Shown: positions 1 to 13,109 of the stretch, piece after piece | Position numbering within the stretch: the first letter of the stretch is position 1 | Layout of the letters: each line of letters opens with the position of its first letter | Assembly (NCBI GenBank): GCA_052426225.1 | Contig: JBNJNM010000021.1 | Span: forward strand, 3,100,001 to 3,164,000 | Direction of reading: 5' to 3' | DNA from: Zancudomyces culisetae HAW-14-8 | Lineage: Eukaryota > Fungi > Kickxellomycota | Length of the DNA: 64,000 bases | Notes under the pieces: model-generated | What the model was told of the DNA's origin: nothing | Databases searched by the model: none | The model's input: only the letters and a program-made list of their open reading frames with translations | Made by a program: the position numbers and the translations under genes

Positions 1-1584
1 AGTTGTAAATAAGCCTAATCAATTTCCTGGCTCTTTGGTAGCTTGTTATTTTATTTTTTTTAAGGATATGAGCACAAGAAATGTACGTTACATGCTTAAT
101 CAACTTCAAATTGGCGTTCTTCGTTAATCCGCTTCTCATTGGGCTAACACCATTCTCCAACAATTAATAACCAAAAATCCTTATGAACAGAAAAAAATTT
201 TTTTTTGCAATTGATCTTATAGATGATATACTACCACTAGCCGGCCAACACAAAACTAAAGAATGAAGTTGCTGTTTTAGTCTATACATGAATGTATTTT
301 TAGAGGGGTTACCAGAAAATCGAGTTCTATCTGAGTTAATTGTAATCATATCCTCAGTATCATACCAACTAACTTTACGTGTTGCTGCACTGTATTTACA
401 TTAAAAAAAATAGCGTTTTGGTTATATAAACAGGGTAATCTGGCTATAAAAAAAAAGACTGAGAGGGGGGGGGGGATAAAAAGCGAGACAATTACGTATA
501 TGATCCCTTCTCATAATACTATTTATAGATTAGCATATGTAATGCGGGTGCCATGCGTCAACCCATTGTATGAATATAAAGGGAGCCTGGCTACAATATC
601 TTCTTTTACGTGTATATTAGTTACACACCAGCAACAATAAATACACTCCACCAAAACATTGTATGTAACACATAAGCGAACAACAAATATAGCTACAAAC
701 ATTGATAAGTGGTCTGTGTTGATCCTTCCTTCTCCTTCCCCTCTACCTCTAGTTCTCTGTTAAAAAGAAGAATCCATATCGTTGGATATATATTTGTCGT
801 GGACAAGCTCTCGAACATTTAACAAGCATCAGAACTTTGAACCATTGCTTTTTGACATATGTATCTCAAATGCCTGTCACAAAAAATTAGGGTTATGGAA
901 GAGTATGTGCTTTTCGGGCTCATGGTTTTCTGACCCAGAAATATGGCGGGAGCCATAATAAAAAATACCGTTAAACAATTGGTGGAGCCTGGTTGTAATT
1001 TTGTTTGGTAGTGACGAATGAAGCAGCGAAGAAATAAAAAAGTTTGGTATGATGCCCAATCAAATAAAAAACTGAGTTAAAGTAGCATTATGCATTACCT
1101 AAAGCAAAATCTGTTTAAAGCTCAACTACTAATTCCTTAGGAGGGTGTCGGTTTTGACTAGAGATGAGTTATTTCTCTGAATTTGGAAGCGGCAGCTGCA
1201 TTGGGTTTTGTTTAAACTTTCATTTTTGGTTTGTATTATGCGTTTACACTTAATTTTTACTTTTTTATATTATTATTTAAGTTTCAGTTTTAGTTTTATC
1301 CTCTTGCAAACGGAAACTTTATTTGTAAGATGTAAACAAAGGATGCAAGAGATTTATCTACATAGTATTCCTTTGGGCCTTGAGAGCCGATAAAAAAATT
1401 TTTTTTTGTCTATAAATGAGCGTATTGTTTTAAATTTTTGCATTTCAATTTGGTTGTTATTTTTCATGCTGTTAATTTTTTAAATGATAATTCTAAAAAG
1501 CTCACCAAAAAACAATTAGTGAATAAATATTAGGTATTAAATATTAAATATTAAATGTAAAAATTAAATAATCGAAAATAGCAA

Positions 1585-1635
1585 GTAGAAATTAGAAAAT
1601 AGAAAATAGAAAATAGAAAATAGAAAATAGAAAAA
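1585..1635. repeat. (TAGAAAA)n heptanucleotide microsatellite upstream of rac1
   Basis: About 6 consecutive TAGAAAA units are directly visible. Confidence 0.85.
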
Positions 1636-1971
1636 AAGTAAACCTGTGCACAATTCAATTTTCAAGCCTGAAATTTTGTTTAATTCTTGGGTCGATATTA
1701 TTTTAAAGGTTTTTTTTATTACACATTTATATGGCACACTTCAATATAATAAATATATAGGCCAGATTAACTATAAACGAATTGAGATTTTAGGTAAGAG
1801 GAAATTCCAGAGACATTTATTTATAATTAGTATCTAGGTGACTGTTCTAAAAATTAATTAAGGAATGAAAATTTGGAGTCACAATTGGAACGACTACATT
1901 AAAAACCATCTACTATTAAAAAACTATTTTAGACTAAGAATAAAAAGAACGAGGATAATCGGAAATTAGAT

Positions 1972-2876
<905 letters not shown>

Positions 2877-4180
2877 AACTATAAATATGTTTTCTTGTTC
2901 TTTCTTTTTCTTTTTAGTAACATGATAAATTTTTTCTTTGTGCATTCTACTTTATTTTATTTTACTTTAAATAATATATACTACCATTTATTGAGGGATT
3001 GGTTTGACTCAATTCTCAGTTTTGTGGATAAAGAAAATAAAATGAAGCATACAGCAAGCTCATCCGCTAATGGAAGTTGGAAGATTCATTTTGAACTCTG
3101 GAAACATAGGCTTGAGAAACAAGATCCCAAGCGGCCAGGTATTTGTCGGCGCATTTATTTAAGCAATCTTGGTTTTTTGAAGTGAGGCTAGATTCAGGTG
3201 TTTGAATGCACATTTTGAAGCAGTTGTTGTTGATTTTCTATCAAAAGTAATAGAAAGGTTAAAGGGAAGTGATTAATGTCGAATTAAATAGGAAGAATTG
3301 GATAAAAGCAGAGATAAAAAGAAAGGTAAAGCAGATGTATCTGGGTTTATTATTGATGTTTAATCTTGAATATACGAGTACAATTTAAAGATAAGAGTTA
3401 TTTATATTAGCAGTGATATGTAAAAAACATGAAGCTGTTACGTTTATGAGTTCCTGAGCATTTGCCAAGGCGATTTCTTTTTTAACTTGAGATTTTACTT
3501 GTTCGATTGAATCGTGTTCCATTTTCGCAGATATATCGATTAAAGCGATGTCAAGCTAATTTATAGAATATATAATTTGGGCTATGGGTTTATTAGTTTG
3601 AGTTTTGCTATATCAAACAGGATAAATCTCTATATTTCTGGAAAGTAAAAGGATTTATATTTTATTTTATTCATCAAATAACGATTGCAAAGGAAATTTG
3701 GCTATCAATTCAAAATTGGGAATTTGGAGAATGGTGAGAAAAATGAGGTGAAGAAGTGGGAGAGTAAAATGAAACAGCTTGACAGTGGTTTGGTCATTTT
3801 CTGCCTCAAATACGCCAAAACTTTTCCCAGCTTTTTTCTTTTTTTTTCTTTTTTTTTTCTAGGTTTTTGGGTTTTGGGTTTTGGAAAACATTCTAATTCG
3901 AATCAATACTATTGATATTTGATGCACTTTGGTAACTGAAAATTACTAGGAAAAAAAAAAATTTTTTTTTTTTTTAGTGCTGGAGTAACTAACTATTGAG
4001 GTAATGATCAATAACAATTACCACAAACTAAAAAAAGGGCAACAAAAAACTAAAAAGTAAATATATAATATAAAAAAGAAAAAGAAAAAGAAAAAGCAAA
4101 GGCAAAGGTGAGAACAAGGAAAAGTAAAAGAATAACGAAAAGGACAATTGTAAAGAAGAAAAATACAAGTATCTAGCACC

Positions 4181-5260
4181 ATGCCCAAGGTAACAACCAA
4201 ACAAGTTTTGGCAGTAAATGCACCGACAAAACTATCCACAACAACCACGAGCAACAAAAAAAAACCATACGATAGGAGCAATGGCGGAAGCGGTAACAGC
4301 GAGGACCAGAGACATTTTGGACCATTGTTTAACAAAAACTTGGGGCAGCACATTCTGAAAAACCCACTGGTGGCACAAACAATTGTGGACAAGGCCGAGA
4401 TAAAGCCCAGCGATATAGTCCTGGAAGTTGGACCGGGAACAGGTAACTTGACGGTAAAAATCCTAAAGCAGGCTAAAAGAGTTGTGGCTGTAGAAGCCGA
4501 CGTTAGATTGGCGGCAGAGCTGACAAAGCGTGTGTTACAGAACGACGACAATGAGGTCGTGGATACCAAGAAGCTGGAAATAATCAATGGCGATGTAATC
4601 AAACTAGCAAAGCTACCATACTTTGATTGCTGTATTTCAAATACACCATATCAAATTTCGTCACCACTAGTATTCAAGCTGCTGTTTAACAATAGCAACG
4701 AAAATGGAGGGTTTAGATGTGCAGTGTTAATGTTTCAGCGGGAATTTGCACTTAGATTGGTTGCCAGACCACCAAACGACCAACTCTACTGTCGGCTATC
4801 AGCAACAGTTCAGTTATATGCAAAAGTTACCCATGTTCTAAAGATATCTAAAAACAACTTTAAGCCTCCACCAAAGGTAGAGAGCAGTGTTGTAAAACTG
4901 GTTCCCATCCATCCACGGCCACAAATCAAATTCGAAGAGTGGGACGGTTTGTTGAGAATTTGCTTTAACCGCAAAAACAAGTTTATCCGAAACAACTTTT
5001 TGAATAAAAAGGTTTTGGATATCATGTACAAAAACTATTTAACTTATAAGTCTCTAACAAACAACGCTGGCGGCAGCGGCAACGACAACGACAACAGTAT
5101 GGATCAGGATGTGGTGATGGACGTTAGTGGCATCAAGGAAATCGTTGAAACAGTTTTAAAAAATCTGAATTATGAACAGGCCAGAGCGAATAAGCTAGAT
5201 ATTGACGATTTTCTAAAACTTTTGAACGAATTCCATAAGCACGGAATTCATTTCTCATAG
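4181..5260 (+). CDS. DIM1: 18S rRNA adenine dimethyltransferase (Dim1/KsgA family)
   Basis: 359 aa intronless ORF with [20 protein letters not shown] (SAM motif I), [16 protein letters not shown] and FKPPPKVES motifs. Confidence 0.96.
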   Translation: MPKVTTKQVLAVNAPTKLSTTTTSNKKKPYDRSNGGSGNSEDQRHFGPLFNKNLGQHILKNPLVAQTIVDKAEIKPSDIVLEVGPGTGNLTVKILKQAKRVVAVEADVRLAAELTKRVLQNDDNEVVDTKKLEIINGDVIKLAKLPYFDCCISNTPYQISSPLVFKLLFNNSNENGGFRCAVLMFQREFALRLVARPPNDQLYCRLSATVQLYAKVTHVLKISKNNFKPPPKVESSVVKLVPIHPRPQIKFEEWDGLLRICFNRKNKFIRNNFLNKKVLDIMYKNYLTYKSLTNNAGGSGNDNDNSMDQDVVMDVSGIKEIVETVLKNLNYEQARANKLDIDDFLKLLNEFHKHGIHFS

Positions 5261-5392
5261 ACATTTAATATTGTATATATTTTATAGTCTGCTGTTTATA
5301 AAATTATATAAAAAAAGTTATAATATATAATACACTAATAGAGATAAAAAAAAAGAGGATATATGAATATACATTGCTAATAAACGTCAAAT

Positions 5393-8044
5393 TCAGCCAG
5401 TTGTGTAATATTCCCTAATTTGGTCAATTTCTTTTTCAAATCCAATGATGTTGGTTTTTAGCACATCAATGATATTGTTTAATAGTGTGTTGGTGCCATT
5501 ACTACATGAATTGTCTTCACTCAACGGAGGGCCGCTATCAGAGTTGCCATTTCTACCATTACCACCGCTGCTACCACTACTGGATTCAATTACATCCAAA
5601 AATGCCTCCAACCTAGTTTGTATATTTGCCAGAAGCTTTTCTTGTGCAGAGTTGGTCATTTCAATTCTCAAAGTCTTCTTATCCGAATCGGATAGTTGGT
5701 TCCGTAGCTCAAAAAGCGCAGCTTTGTAGCTTTCAATGGAATGCATGCTAGTTAGATACGCAGCCTTTAGCAAGTGGTTCCCGTCACTTTGTTCATTGTT
5801 CGGATCGCTCATTTTCTCATACAGAGTATCGATATTCATGTGCCGCTGATTAATAGCAGAACCCTCAGAAGACTGCAAAGACTGTAAAGATTGTAATGGT
5901 GTGATCAATGCTAGTTGAGACTTAAGAGTTGAGCATTCCTGTTCCTTCAATACCAGTTGTTTTTTGACAGAGTCATTAATTACCCTTTCGTTTTGATATA
6001 GGTATCTAACCGTTACAAGCTGCGAACAGAGTTGTTCATTTGTTTCTTCCAATTCTATAACTTTGTCGTTTAGTCTGTCAACTCTCGCATTGGATATCTC
6101 CAGAGCATTCAATGCTTCGCTAGCTCGTAGCTTCTCGCTCTTCTTGATTGCAGCAAGCTGTTCAGTAACGTTTTCTAATTGAGTTAGAAACTCGGTGTTC
6201 AGCTTTTTATATGTCTCAAGCTCCTGGCCACTGAGCTTGGCTTTTTCAAGGGCATCGTCAGCTTGAAGTATTCGTTTATCTAACTGCGTTTTTAGGGTTT
6301 CGTTTTCTCGTGATTTATGAGCAAGCTGTGCCTCTAGCTCGTTAATTCGTAATTGATTGACACTGCCCAGCAACTTTACATTCTTACTTGCTATAGCCTC
6401 ATATTTGATTTTCAAGTAAATGGCCTCAGAAAGCGCTGTAACTCGTTCCTTTTCTGCTGAATTTACCTTTTCTGCTGCTGCTGCTACATTTTCAGCTAAT
6501 GCCGCGCGAACGTTTTCAAGCTCCAACCTCATAGACTGGATCTGCTGTCTATAGTGAGCATCTTGTGTATGTGACGATGTCGTCTCAGTCGAGTGTGAAG
6601 CAGCTAAATTACTTCGCGCTGAAGTAAAATAATCCTCTCCGCTAGCCTCGTTCAGGTTGGGAAATCCTTCAGAGATTTTACCCTCGTCTGTTCTAAACCT
6701 TCCGTTTAAGCTATAATTGCTGCTGCTATTCTTATTTCTTAGCTGTATTCGCAAAGTATTATCCCCGCTGCTCGCATCGAACGAATTGGTGTTGAGCTTT
6801 ACTGAACCAGTATTTCCATCCATCAGCATCGAATCATTACGCTTTGCTGCCTGACCTTCTCCCGAAAAAATAGACGTTAGTGTTAATCCTTTTTGATGTT
6901 CTGTTGGTGTTCTTTTTTCCGATAAACTAGACATACTCCCTTTAGAGCTATATCTCCCACCTGATGTCAGCTGAATTTTCCTATCTCCAATCCTGTTATC
7001 ATCAGTATCCATTATTTTGATCTTTCTTGTGTCCAACGTAAACATGCTATGGGTTTCTTCACCAAGTAACATTACTATTTGTCTATCGATAATCGCTAGT
7101 TCTGGATCAATAATTTTTTGTGGCCATTTTAATCCTTGCTCTGGAAACGTAAACCATAATTTGCTTTTTATTTTAAATGCTATAAAATCCATGATGGGCT
7201 CGCCTGTCAATCGTCTTCCCCCTATAATGTACATTGTATCCTCTACTATCACCGCTGCATGCCCATACCTCGCCGGCGGTACTTGTCCCTTTACGTGAAT
7301 TTCTTCCCATTTCGCCGTACTTGTATCAAACATCCACATGTCTCCCATCACCTTCCCTCCCTCCCCTCTACCACCATATATATATATTTTATCGCCAAAT
7401 GCTACTGCCGAGTGCTCCTCCCTTCCCTCTGGTTTATTATTTGTATCCCCCATTATTATCCTCCATCTGCTATTCTGGTTTGCTGCTTCCCTAACATCGA
7501 ACGCTGCTACCTCACTTATGTACTTGTTGTCTTCTCCAATTCCTCCGATTATATACAAACATGTCTTTATTGCTACTGATGTATGCCCTTTTCTTCCTGG
7601 AATATCACCACCCTCAACTGATACCTGATACCATACTTCATTTGCTATATTATAAGCATACAGCCTGTCATCTAGCCGCCCATTCTCTCCCATTCCGCCA
7701 AATATAAACATTGTCTTGCCGATAAATGTAGCACTATGCTCGTCCCTAGCCTCTGGCTGATTCCCTTCCTTTGCATTCATACTCTGAACCACACCTCTCT
7801 TCTTCTCTCTTCCTTCACTAAACTTTATTTTATGAACGTCATTGCACAATCCCGTATGAGTTCGTCCACCATATACATAAATGTCCTCTTTATAAATCGC
7901 TACCGAATACCCCTTTTTTGGAAATATTATCTCCCCTTCTAGTTTTGTTTCCTGCCATATTTTACTCCCTTTTTCCTTAGACTCCTTCTTCCTCGCCAAC
8001 TCAATGGCTTCTTCAGTTGTTTTAACACCTTCCTTCATTATCAT
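5393..8044 (-). CDS. Kelch-repeat beta-propeller plus coiled-coil protein (Kel1/Tea1-like polarity factor)
   Basis: 883 aa ORF with 5-6 Kelch repeats (R..H....G..hYhhGG...W), a Ser-rich linker and a long heptad-rich C-terminal half. The frame stays open ~35 codons upstream of the ATG, so an extra 5' exon is possible. Confidence 0.85.
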   Translation of the reverse strand: MIMKEGVKTTEEAIELARKKESKEKGSKIWQETKLEGEIIFPKKGYSVAIYKEDIYVYGGRTHTGLCNDVHKIKFSEGREKKRGVVQSMNAKEGNQPEARDEHSATFIGKTMFIFGGMGENGRLDDRLYAYNIANEVWYQVSVEGGDIPGRKGHTSVAIKTCLYIIGGIGEDNKYISEVAAFDVREAANQNSRWRIIMGDTNNKPEGREEHSAVAFGDKIYIYGGRGEGGKVMGDMWMFDTSTAKWEEIHVKGQVPPARYGHAAVIVEDTMYIIGGRRLTGEPIMDFIAFKIKSKLWFTFPEQGLKWPQKIIDPELAIIDRQIVMLLGEETHSMFTLDTRKIKIMDTDDNRIGDRKIQLTSGGRYSSKGSMSSLSEKRTPTEHQKGLTLTSIFSGEGQAAKRNDSMLMDGNTGSVKLNTNSFDASSGDNTLRIQLRNKNSSSNYSLNGRFRTDEGKISEGFPNLNEASGEDYFTSARSNLAASHSTETTSSHTQDAHYRQQIQSMRLELENVRAALAENVAAAAEKVNSAEKERVTALSEAIYLKIKYEAIASKNVKLLGSVNQLRINELEAQLAHKSRENETLKTQLDKRILQADDALEKAKLSGQELETYKKLNTEFLTQLENVTEQLAAIKKSEKLRASEALNALEISNARVDRLNDKVIELEETNEQLCSQLVTVRYLYQNERVINDSVKKQLVLKEQECSTLKSQLALITPLQSLQSLQSSEGSAINQRHMNIDTLYEKMSDPNNEQSDGNHLLKAAYLTSMHSIESYKAALFELRNQLSDSDKKTLRIEMTNSAQEKLLANIQTRLEAFLDVIESSSGSSGGNGRNGNSDSGPPLSEDNSCSNGTNTLLNNIIDVLKTNIIGFEKEIDQIREYYTTG

Positions 8045-11000
8045 GCCTCTTTCTTTTAGTATGTGAGTGTTTCCAAAATAGTACTCGATTTTGTCTTGTT
8101 GACTCGGATTTCTGTCGTTAATTCGTCTGGCAGATTTGTTTATCTCTCTTTATAATTCTTTGTTAATTAATAAATTCTTCATTATTCCTTTTTTTTTACT
8201 TTTATGGTCAGTAGTGATTACTCCCCTCTTACACAGTATTGCAATTTCAGATTGGAAATCACACGTACTTTAATTCAAACTCTAATCCTTAGTACCAAAT
8301 CGTTGAAATTAATCAATTTAATCGCTTCTAAGCTACTATATCTTCAATTACACCCTTTTGAAATTGGCTTGCGATGAAGGTCCTAGATATTAAATTTCGC
8401 TTTTGGGAATAGAATTAAAGTTATTTTTATTATTTTGTTGTCATAAAGTCATCTATCTTTTAATGCCCTAGAAACCTTGGGGGTTTTTTTTCAATATTCT
8501 TTCATTGACATTATTATACAACAAATGGTTATTTAAATGTAATATTCTTTTGTGTGACTAATTGGAAAAGTGATTTATCTGGTAAATAGGAACATTGATA
8601 TTCAAGTTGTGCAATTATCAATTATTACCTAAAAATGAGTGACTCCTGGTAATTAACCGCGAATATCAAAATACAGCTAATTTAGGTATAAAACCTAAAC
8701 TGTTAATTTAAATACCCATTGTTTTAGTCTCCTTGTATAGAAATTATTAGCTCCTATTTGCTCAAATTTAACACAACTAATTCTCAATAGCTTTCTTTAT
8801 TTAATATTACATGTACTCGCTTGTTTTCAATTACATTGTTAATTCTTGCTATTTAAAATCCAAAAGTTATTGTCTTTTTTATTAGCCACTTTCAAACAAG
8901 TTGTACAATCCATTTATAGGTTACATTTATTAAAAAAATACAATTAATACAATATTATTATGTTTGATTTAAAGAGTTGATAATTTTAACAGGCCTACAT
9001 AAAACTACATTTCGACGCTAAGAATCACCTAGTATAATCTGCCATTAAATTTTAGTGAGCTCAAAGAAAACAAAACACAAACGTTTATTCAAATAAAATC
9101 TTTTACTATTTTTAATAACTTTGAAAAGCTAGTTTAAAAACATAACATTAAAAGAGAACAGGAGGCAGAAATTGGATGTTAGATGATTGACTTGATCTAG
9201 TCACAATTCAGCTAATACCTCTAGATAGTATTTGTTATCGATAAATTTATTTCAAGTTGATAATTATGATCAAAAGAATTAATGCTATCCAAACTCAAGT
9301 ATCCAAGTAATCTAAAAAATTGAAATAGATTCGGAACTTTTAATACATTAAGGTTAAATCTAATAAAAAGTGTTTTGAGAATACATTCGCACCATTTAGC
9401 TAAATATATATCTTGGCCTCACTTGCGCTGAAAATCCAAATTATCAAGCACAAAAAGATAAAAGACTATATTTATTTAGTTATATATTGTATACATTATG
9501 TACCTCAATCAATCCTTATTATTGAAACTACTTTCTATAAAAAATCTCTTAATTCTACTTGAATACCCCTTTTTTGCTAAACTCACCTAATGTAAATATT
9601 CTAACAGATCTTGTACATAAACCCCATTCAGAACAACCAATTACTGTATAGCAAAAGAGAGTTTCAATTGGCTACCTCTGGATATTCTGGGAAAGTAGCA
9701 CCCATTTCCATTCTCAACAAGTACAAAATTAAATGTGGTTCAATTTCAAATTGTGACGAAAACTTGCTCCACTTTGTCAGAGTTGACAACCTTATAATTT
9801 TTTAATTTACATGTAAGTATTATTAATAATTACAGTTTAGACTTTCAATATAAAAACTAATTCAATGCAACACAGACAATTGAAAAAGAATTTAAATTTA
9901 TAATGTCTTGGAATACAAGTTACCTAGCCGTTTTTTTTTTTGGAGAAAGTGTCTATGTTTATATTCATTTGGTATATGGTAAATACTTAATAATAAAAAA
10001 AAGCATAAAAAAAAATCAATTCATTACGAGTAAAGTGTTCTTGGACTTGATAGAATCGAAAAAGTTCGATCCAAAATGTTACACTAGCTACGAAATAGAT
10101 TACTGTGAAGAATTTCGCTAGCACAATAAATAATTTGTACCAAACAAGGTAACAGTTTTCTTGAACGTAACAATAATTAGGAATTAATATTGTGTTAAAA
10201 TAAAAGATCGCCACTTGAACCAACACCAGATAGTTATAGAGTCCTTAGAGGAACGGATAGAAGTTGGTTAGATAAATATTATGTAGGATTATTTTATTTT
10301 TATAGGTATTTATTTATTATATTCATTAAAGCAAAATATTGATACAACTTGGACAACATTTGAGCAAGAAACGGGTTACAATTTTTTAATTGTGTACCCT
10401 GAAAAGTAGTACCAAATATTTGCTGAGCTTCTCAGCTAAAAAATATTCTCAGCTAAAAAATATTTTTTGTCTGAATTTAAAAACATACTCCAAGTATAAA
10501 TCTAAACTAAAATGTTAAATGATAATTAATATTTACAAGTGGTCACAGGTTATTCTAGTTAGTTTATTAATACGCTCATTGAAACCACTTTCCTACTAGT
10601 TAATTATATTCAAAACATAAATAGTAATGCTGTTTGCATCCATTGACCAGTTTTGTGAAACACGTTTAAAGATTTCAAAGAATTGACAGTTTCAGATCAT
10701 CCAATATAGCACAGATAAACATTGTTGGTTAGACAACAAAAAGTTTTAGCTCTTTAAACGTACTTTGCTCTACCTTCCCCAAACAAAATACCTCATTTCT
10801 TCAAAAGAGATTTTTTACTCACGTACAGTTATAAAATGTGACGGCGCAAAAAGTCCACCATGTTTCGAGTACCCGTTACATATTACCTACGATGAGGATT
10901 TTGAAGATTTTCATTTAACAATAATATGGCATCGTTTATTGTATCTAAGCGTTAATATAGAAAGAGGGGTTATTGGTGAAGATACTAATATGAGTGTACA

Positions 11001-12899
11001 GTGATTTTAGTATCTTAGTCGAGGCAAGTACGTTTTATTTTATTATAATATTTATTACATATTTCAACAAATCTAGTCCAATGTGTGACAACCGTGTTTA
11101 ATAGTATGAGTAGCTTGTAGATCAATGTACACTGTGAAGTTCAGAAAAATTGAAGTTCAACAATAGGAACACAGTTATAATAATCAACCACGCTATTACT
11201 CTAGACTCTCGAATTTTGTAAAATCTGACAATGATTGCGATTTTACTATCATTTACAAGTACAAGTAAACATTCCTATATATTTACAATTTATAATTTAT
11301 AATTTAGAAATATATCACTTGTAATAAAATCAAATAGGTGTAGTTAAATGTATTTTAAGACTAAAAATAAAACTAATATCAAAACTGTTTTTACCGCGAT
11401 ATGTACAATTGATGATCAGTTTCCGAAATATATCAAATAGATTAGACAAAACCTAGAAGGAAGATCAATAATTATGATATAATTATATTTTTATTTACAC
11501 ATGAAAATCCATAAATTATGATGACTAGTAAATGTTAATATATTCTATGAAATCAGATGGAAAAGATAATAAAATAACAAAAAAAATGTTGAATTGGCAA
11601 TACCAAGATCATAATCTTATTACCCGTGGGTAAACAAATTTATATAGAGTGTACTTTTGAACTTATCGCTTTGATAGCAAAAATTATAAAAGAGACATGT
11701 GTTATTCAAAAATAAAAGGTACCTTACATCGCACTCTATTAGAATTCGTTATTTCAGATCAGAATAAAAAAAAATTAAAAGCAAAAGCTGAAAATGATCA
11801 ACTCAGCAATTCTCAGCACCTTTGCAGTCAGCCCAGCTCTTTCCCAGAACACACAGAGTTGTACCTTACTAGCTAGGAATAATTTTTTTTCCCCAGAGTT
11901 CAAGCTCAACATTATGGGATCTAGTTCCATAAGGTTAACAACTGAAATATGATAAATTGTAATTTTAAATTTTTTTTAATAAGCATCAATCTCAGAATAA
12001 ATAAGTAAATGTTACACAGTAATTTTTGTATTTCAAAGTGAGTAATGTGAGCGGAGGCAAAGGCGCAGCTATGACTTGCGGCTAGGCTGGTTGTACAGAT
12101 AAATCATTATTGTGCGTAGAAGCACCGCAAGTCAGATTGAATTTTTATGCCGATGTTGGTTACTATGCAACATTTTTTGATTAGCTACCAGCTTTTTATC
12201 TGTTTAATTGTTCATTACCAGTAAAGCTATTTATTAAATAATTGTTAATCATTACGATCAACAAACAGCATAAATAAAACTTTCAATAAACGAGATACAA
12301 ACAAATTTGTGCTTTATAGAAGTTGAGCATATCTATTGGAGAAAAATTAATTTTATTATAGAATCAGTGAATACAAGTACATTTTAGATGAAAATTCGCT
12401 TAATATTATATATAGTATTTAGTTAAATACAGTTAATTTATACTATTGGGAAATTATGTTTTTCTCTGAAAATAACACCAGTGATATTTTCTGAGTATCC
12501 ATTTGTATGCCTTGCCTTCTAGCCAATTACTGAATATTTTGATTACTTTTACTTTGTCTAGTTCATTGATTTCAATTCCGCTTAAAAACTTCCTAGTCCA
12601 TTCTTCCATTCCCCCCCCATTTTATTCACCCATTTGGGTGTGAGTAGCTGTGGGTCTAATCTCCCTGAATACTATTATTTTTTTGTGAAATCCTGCCTGC
12701 CTCGTCTAATCTAGTATGTGTTTTCAAATATTGATTCCCCATTCGCAGAGCGATTAACGACTATTATATTATTAACATCAGTATTATATTAAAACGTTTA
12801 AATTGATGTATTATGGGGTACAAAGGTTATAACAATAATTATTCTTTCTATAATACAAAATGATAAATTATTAATTATGGAGTAATAAACTATAATTTT

Positions 12900-13099
12900 A
12901 GTATTAGTATTAGTTTAGTTATATCTATAGTCTTTAAATATGTATTACAAGCGAATTCAAGCTTGTAAAACTAAATAAGACCAACGTTTATATTGCTTTA
13001 GAAAACTTTAGCAATAAAATACTTTTAATCTCATAGTATTTTATTGAATAAATTATATTCATAGTTAATACATATAGTACTTAGTGTCAATTCCTGACA
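12900..13099 (+). mobile_element. 3' part of an LTR (family with TGTCA-N5-TGACA terminal hairpin); left boundary approximate
   Basis: CTTTAGCAATAAAATACTTT...TAGTACTTAGTGTCAATTCCTGACA is homologous to 53434-53560 (minus) and 62140-62236 (plus). Confidence 0.6.
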
Positions 13100-13109
13100 T
13101 CGCTACTAG

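Noticed and set aside
1-1060. Possible minus-strand spliced gene (ORFs 164-349, 877-1059)
   Set aside because: No recognisable domain and I could not build a consistent exon chain; needs BLASTX or RNA-seq.
4018-4602. 194-aa antisense ORF over DIM1, and similar antisense ORFs over the Kelch gene and Gag-Pol genes
   Set aside because: Shadow frames of real coding sequence with no motifs of their own.
9611-11004. Short ORFs 9611-9805, 9903-10121 and 10765-11004
   Set aside because: No identifiable motifs and low-complexity AT-rich context; cannot be supported as genes.
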